Assembly (NCBI GenBank): GCA_965178125.1
Contig: OZ237776.1
Location: 496,001-537,789 of the forward strand
Reading direction: 5' to 3'
DNA: 41,789 nucleotides
Origin: Bilabrum cf. latius
Taxonomy: Eukaryota
In this document: positions 37,720-41,789 of the stretch, in pieces
How positions within the stretch are numbered: position 1 is the stretch's first letter
Layout: each line of letters opens with the position of its first letter
Position numbers and translations under genes: made by a program
Notes under the pieces: model-generated
What the model saw: the letters and a program-made list of their open reading frames with translations, nothing else
Told to the model about the DNA's origin: nothing
The model's database searches: none

Positions 37720-39538
37720 GGTTAGGGTTAGGGTTAGGGTTAGGGTTAGGGTTAGGGTTAGGGTTAGGGTTAGGGTTAGGGTTAGGGTTAGGGTTAGGGT
37801 TAGGGTTAGGGTTAGGGTTAGGGTTAGGGTTAGGGTTAGGGTTAGGGTTAGGGTTAGGGTTAGGGTTTTAGGTTAGGGTTAGGGTTAGGGTTAGGGTTAG
37901 GGTTAGGGTTAGGGTTAGGGTTAGGGTTAGGGTTAGGGTTAGGGTTAGGGTTAGGGTTAGGGTTAGGGTTAGGGTTAGGGTTAGGGTTAGGGTTAGGGTT
38001 AGGGTTAGGGTTAGGGTTAGGGTTAGGGTTAGGGTTAGGGTTAGGGTTAGGGTTAGGGTTAGGGTTAGGGTTAGGGTTAGGGTTAGGGTTAGGGTTAGGG
38101 TTAGGGTTAGGGTTAGGGTTAGGGTTAGGGTTAGGGTTAGGGTTAGGGTTAGGGTTAGGGTTAGGGTTAGGGTTAGGGTTAGGGTTAGGGTTAGGGTTAG
38201 GGTTAGGGTTAGGGTTAGGGTTAGGGTTAGGGTTAGGGTTAGGGTTAGGGTATCTAATATAAAGTCAGGGACAGGGTCGGGGAAAAAAAATTTTCATCTT
38301 CACTTTTTGTCGAAAAAATGCGCGCGACGATCTCGGCAACCAGATGAGATATGAGGACCGTTCAAACTGCATCGGGACGGCCTGGGGGTACAATGTTGGG
38401 CAAATGTTCCCCAGGTTCCGTTTTGACCGCGCGGCGACAATATGGCTGGACGAAGATTGTCATGCAGAAAAAATGCGCGCGACGATCTCGGCAACCAGAT
38501 GAGATATGAAGACCGTTCAAACTGCATCGGGACGGCCTGGGGGTACAATGTGGGGCAAATGTTCCCCAGGTTCCGTTTTGACCGCGCGGCGACAATATGG
38601 CTGGACGAAGATTGTCATGCAGAAAAAATGCGCGCGACGATCTCGGCAACCAGATGAGATATGAAGACCGTTCAAACTGCATCGGGACGGCCTGGGACCA
38701 CAACAGGGGGCAAATGTTCCCCAGGTTCCGTTTTGACCGCGCGGCGACAATATGGCTGGACGAAGATTGTCATGCAGAAAAAATGCGCGCGACGATCTCG
38801 GCAACCAGATGAGATATGAAGACCGTTCAAACTGCATCGGGACGGCCTGGGGGTACAATGTGGGGCAAATGTTCCCCAGGTTCCGTTTTGACCGCGCGGC
38901 GACAATATGGCTGGACGAAGATTGTCATGCAGAAAAAATGCGCGCGACGATCTCGGCAACCAGATGAGATATGAAGACCGTTCAAACTGCATCGGGACGG
39001 CCTGGGGGTACAATGTGGGGCAAATGTTCCCCAGGTTCCGTTTTGACCGCGCGGCGACAATATGGCTGGACGAAGATTGTCATGCAGAAAAAATGCGCGC
39101 GACGATCTCGGCAACCAGATGAGATATGAAGACCGTTCAAACTGCATCGGGACGGCCTGGGGGTACAATGTGGGGCAAATGTTCCCCAGGTTCCGTTTTG
39201 ACCGCGCGGCGACAATATGGCTGGACGAAGATTGTCATGCAGAAAAAATGCGCGCGACGATCTCGGCAACCAGATGAGATATGAAGACCGTTCAAACTGC
39301 ATCGGGACGGCCTGGGGGTACAATGTGGGGCAAATGTTCCCCAGGTTCCGTTTTGACCGCGCGGCGACAATATGGCTGGACGAAGATTGTCATGCAGAAA
39401 AAATGCGCGCGACGATCTCGGCAACCAGATGAGATATGAAGACCGTTCAAACTGCATCGGGACGGCCTGGGGGTACAATGTGGGGCAAATGTTCCCCAGG
39501 TTCCGTTTTGACCGCGCGGCGACAATATGGCTGGACGA

Positions 39539-39582
<44 letters not shown>

Positions 39583-39779
39583 GGTTAGGGTTAGGGTTAG
39601 GGTTAGGGTTAGGGTTAGGGTTAGGGTTAGGGTTAGGGTTAGGGTTAGGGTTAGGGTTAGGGTTAGCGCAGGTGTGGGGGGCAACTGTCGGGATTTGGAT
39701 ATTTGAAAAAGCAAAGAGGGGTGCCGTTGCGTTTTTCTGGCCTGTGCCGGGCTTGGTGGGCAGGGTGCGAGGGCGCAAT

Positions 39780-39786
39780 GAGGAGG
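39780..39786 (+). promoter_or_regulatory. Shine-Dalgarno sequence
   Basis: GAGGAGG 5 nt upstream of ATG 39792. Confidence 0.8.
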
Positions 39787-39791
39787 GGACG

Positions 39792-40562
39792 ATGGAACGG
39801 GTTGTGGTCGAGATCGAGGCGGGGGTCGCGCAAGTGCGCCTGAACCGTCCTGACAAGAAGAACGCGGTGGATATTGCCATGGCCGAAGCGATTGTCGCGG
39901 CGGGGCAGGGCCTGCGCGACGCGGATATTCGCGCGGTGGTGCTGTCGGGGGCAGGGGGCGCGTTTTGTGCGGGCCTCGATGTGATGAGTTTCGCGCAACT
40001 GGCCCAACCGGACATGCTGGCGCGGTTCATGGCGCGCAGCCATGACGACTGTAATCTGATGCAAGAGGTCGCGATGATCTGGCAGCGGCTCGACGTGCCG
40101 GTGATCGCGGCCTTGCAGGGGGTGGCCTATGGCGCCGGGTTTCAGATGGCGCTGGGCGCGGATATTCGGATCGCGGCCCCGGACACGAAGCTGGCGATCA
40201 TGGAGATGAAATGGGGGCTGATCCCCGATATGGGCGGGATGGTGTTGCTGCCACGCCTGACGCGGTCGGACGTTATTCGGCGCATGACCTATACCGCGCG
40301 GCCCATTGATGGGGAGCAGGCCGAACGCTGGGGGCTGGTAACGGAGCTTGCCGAAGATTCGGTTGCGGCGGCCACGCAGATGGCGGCAGAGATCGCTGGC
40401 AAAGGGCCGAACGCGATCAAGGCCGCCAAGCGCCTGATCGGACTGGCCGAGACGGCGGGGCGCGCGGAGGTATTGCTGGCTGAGAGCGCCGAGCAAAAGG
40501 CCCTGATCGGGCAGGCCGAGCAGATGGGCATCATCGCGGCCAATATGGCGCGCGGGGGCTGA
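39792..40562 (+). CDS. Bacterial enoyl-CoA hydratase/isomerase (crotonase family), 256 aa
   Basis: LNRPDKKNA, AFCAGLD, PVIAALQGVAYGAG, MEMKWGLIPDMGG motifs; SD-supported start; no introns. Confidence 0.92.
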   Translation: MERVVVEIEAGVAQVRLNRPDKKNAVDIAMAEAIVAAGQGLRDADIRAVVLSGAGGAFCAGLDVMSFAQLAQPDMLARFMARSHDDCNLMQEVAMIWQRLDVPVIAALQGVAYGAGFQMALGADIRIAAPDTKLAIMEMKWGLIPDMGGMVLLPRLTRSDVIRRMTYTARPIDGEQAERWGLVTELAEDSVAAATQMAAEIAGKGPNAIKAAKRLIGLAETAGRAEVLLAESAEQKALIGQAEQMGIIAANMARGG

Positions 40563-40573
40563 GAGAACAGACA

Positions 40574-40608
40574 AAAGCCCCCCAACGTGCTGCCAAGTGG
40601 GGGGCTTT
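40574..40608. terminator. Probable bidirectional rho-independent terminator
   Basis: Perfect 11-bp inverted repeat AAAGCCCCCCA / TGGGGGGCTTT with a 13-nt loop between two convergent bacterial genes. Confidence 0.75.
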
Positions 40609-40691
40609 CAAAAGAGCTTGATCGCGCGTGTCACGATCCGCGCCGAAAGGAAGATGCCTCCGGCGGGGATATTTAGGAAAGCAAAGAGCGG

Positions 40692-41789
40692 CTAGCCGAT
40701 CTCGGCCAAGCGGGCGAGGGCGGCTTTGAGTTTGGCCTCCTCGGCCTCTTTCTGGGCCAGCAGCTCGCGGTTCTCGGCCACGACCTCATCCGGCGCGCTC
40801 GCGACGAATTTGGGGTTGTTGAGACGGCCCCTGAGGCCCCCTAGGTCCTTGGCGAGCTTGCCCATGGCCTTTTCCAGCCGCGCCTTTTCCTCGTCTACGT
40901 CGATCAGATCGGCGAGCGGCAAGCAGAAGGTGGCGCCCTCGACTGCGATGGTGACGCTGCCTTTGGGCAGGGTGTCCACCGGGGTCAGGCTTTCGATGCG
41001 CGCGAGGCGTTTGATCATCGTCTCGTTGTTGGTCCAGGCGGTTTGGCCGGCCTCGCTCAGCTCAAGGCACTGCATATGGACCTTGAGGCCCACAGGCACG
41101 TGCATTTCTCCGCGTGCGGAGCGGACGTTTTCGATCAGGCTGATCACCCAGTTCATCTCGCGGCTCGCGGCCTCGTCGGTCAGATCGGCGGCGGCATATG
41201 TCGGCCAATCGCCATGCACGAGCATTTTCTGGCGGCTCGCAAGGGTGCCCCAAAGCTCTTCGGTGATGAACGGCATAAACGGATGCGCCATCAGCAAGCA
41301 CTGGTCGAGCACCCATGCCATGGTCTGGCGCGTTTCCTCTTTTTGCGCGTCGGTGCCGTCGAGCAGCAGGGGCTTCGACAGCTCCACATACCAATCGCAG
41401 ACCGTGCCCCACACGAAGCTGTAAAGCGCGCTGGCGGCGTCGTTGAAGCGGTAGGCGTGGAGCGCCTCGTCGATGACCTCGCGCGTTTTCGCGGTCTCGC
41501 CGATGATCCAGCGGTTGACCGTCTCGGTGCAGGCGTCGGGCTTGGTGGTCGCGCCCTCATAGGCACCGTTCATTTCGGCAAACCGGCAGGCGTTCCACAG
41601 CTTCGTGCCGAAGTTGCGATAGCCTGCGATGCGGTCTTTGCTGAGCTTGAGAACCCCGCCGATGGAGGCCATGGAGGCGTTGGTAAACCGCAGCGCATCG
41701 GCCCCGTATTCGTCAACGATCTCAAGCGGGTCGATGACGTTGCCGGTGGTCTTGGACATTTTCTTGCCCTTCTCGTCGCGCACGAGCTG
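40692..41789 (-). CDS. valS: Valyl-tRNA synthetase, C-terminal part (5' truncated by window)
   Basis: KMSKT (KMSKS-type) motif, [38 protein letters not shown]-terminal coiled coil with [11 protein letters not shown]. Ends at TAG 40692-40694. Confidence 0.96.
   Translation of the reverse strand, partial: QLVRDEKGKKMSKTTGNVIDPLEIVDEYGADALRFTNASMASIGGVLKLSKDRIAGYRNFGTKLWNACRFAEMNGAYEGATTKPDACTETVNRWIIGETAKTREVIDEALHAYRFNDAASALYSFVWGTVCDWYVELSKPLLLDGTDAQKEETRQTMAWVLDQCLLMAHPFMPFITEELWGTLASRQKMLVHGDWPTYAAADLTDEAASREMNWVISLIENVRSARGEMHVPVGLKVHMQCLELSEAGQTAWTNNETMIKRLARIESLTPVDTLPKGSVTIAVEGATFCLPLADLIDVDEEKARLEKAMGKLAKDLGGLRGRLNNPKFVASAPDEVVAENRELLAQKEAEEAKLKAALARLAEIG

Larger units (their letters stand above)
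19309..39666 (+). repeat. Higher-order telomeric array: 11 head-to-tail units of [61-bp leader + 8 x 155-bp satellite + TTAGGG tract]
   Basis: Unit starts: 19309, 21394, 23431, 25288, 27139, 28990, 30841, 32692, 34531, 36388, 38251. Tract starts: 20630, 22685, 24728, 26585, 28430, 30281, 32132, 33983, 35822, 37679, 39542. Periods 1839-2085 bp; the last tract is cut at 39666. Confidence 0.97.

Noticed and set aside
19370-39541. CRISPR-like array or coding ORFs (71-123 aa) in the 155-bp repeats
   Set aside because: No unique spacers and no cas genes. The ORFs are by-products of a 155-bp period that is not a multiple of 3 and show no recognisable domain.
39663-40574. 303-aa minus-strand ORF, and the 40-aa upstream extension of the crotonase ORF from 39672
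   Set aside because: The first is an antisense shadow of the crotonase gene. For the second, the SD-supported start is ATG 39792.

Overview
The window has three parts. (1) 1-17.6 kb is GC-rich, intron-containing eukaryotic DNA from a probable protist. It carries the 3' end of an iduronate-2-sulfatase-like gene (+) and four minus-strand genes: a TRPV-like ankyrin channel, a ~2,790-codon PP2A B''/PR72-like protein, coronin and nucleoside diphosphate kinase. The fragmented ORFs here share reading frames and are interrupted only by TAG: 14 firm in-frame TAGs in three genes, no in-frame TAA/TGA, and every gene ends in TGA. Two TAGs fall where homologues have Gln (coronin VR*SSYRHVFG, TRPV MF*HIL), pointing to a variant nuclear code with UAG read as sense, probably Gln. 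(2) 17.7-39.67 kb is a chromosome end: a 50-bp subtelomeric minisatellite, 199 x TTAGGG, then 11 head-to-tail copies of a ~1.85-2.1 kb unit (61-bp leader + 8 x 155-bp satellite + TTAGGG tract with fixed variant repeats; the last copy is cut short). This is consistent with telomere extension by templated or rolling-circle copying. (3) From 39,667 the sequence switches abruptly to alphaproteobacterial-like DNA (enoyl-CoA hydratase and valS, with TAG as a normal stop), most likely a chimeric join.
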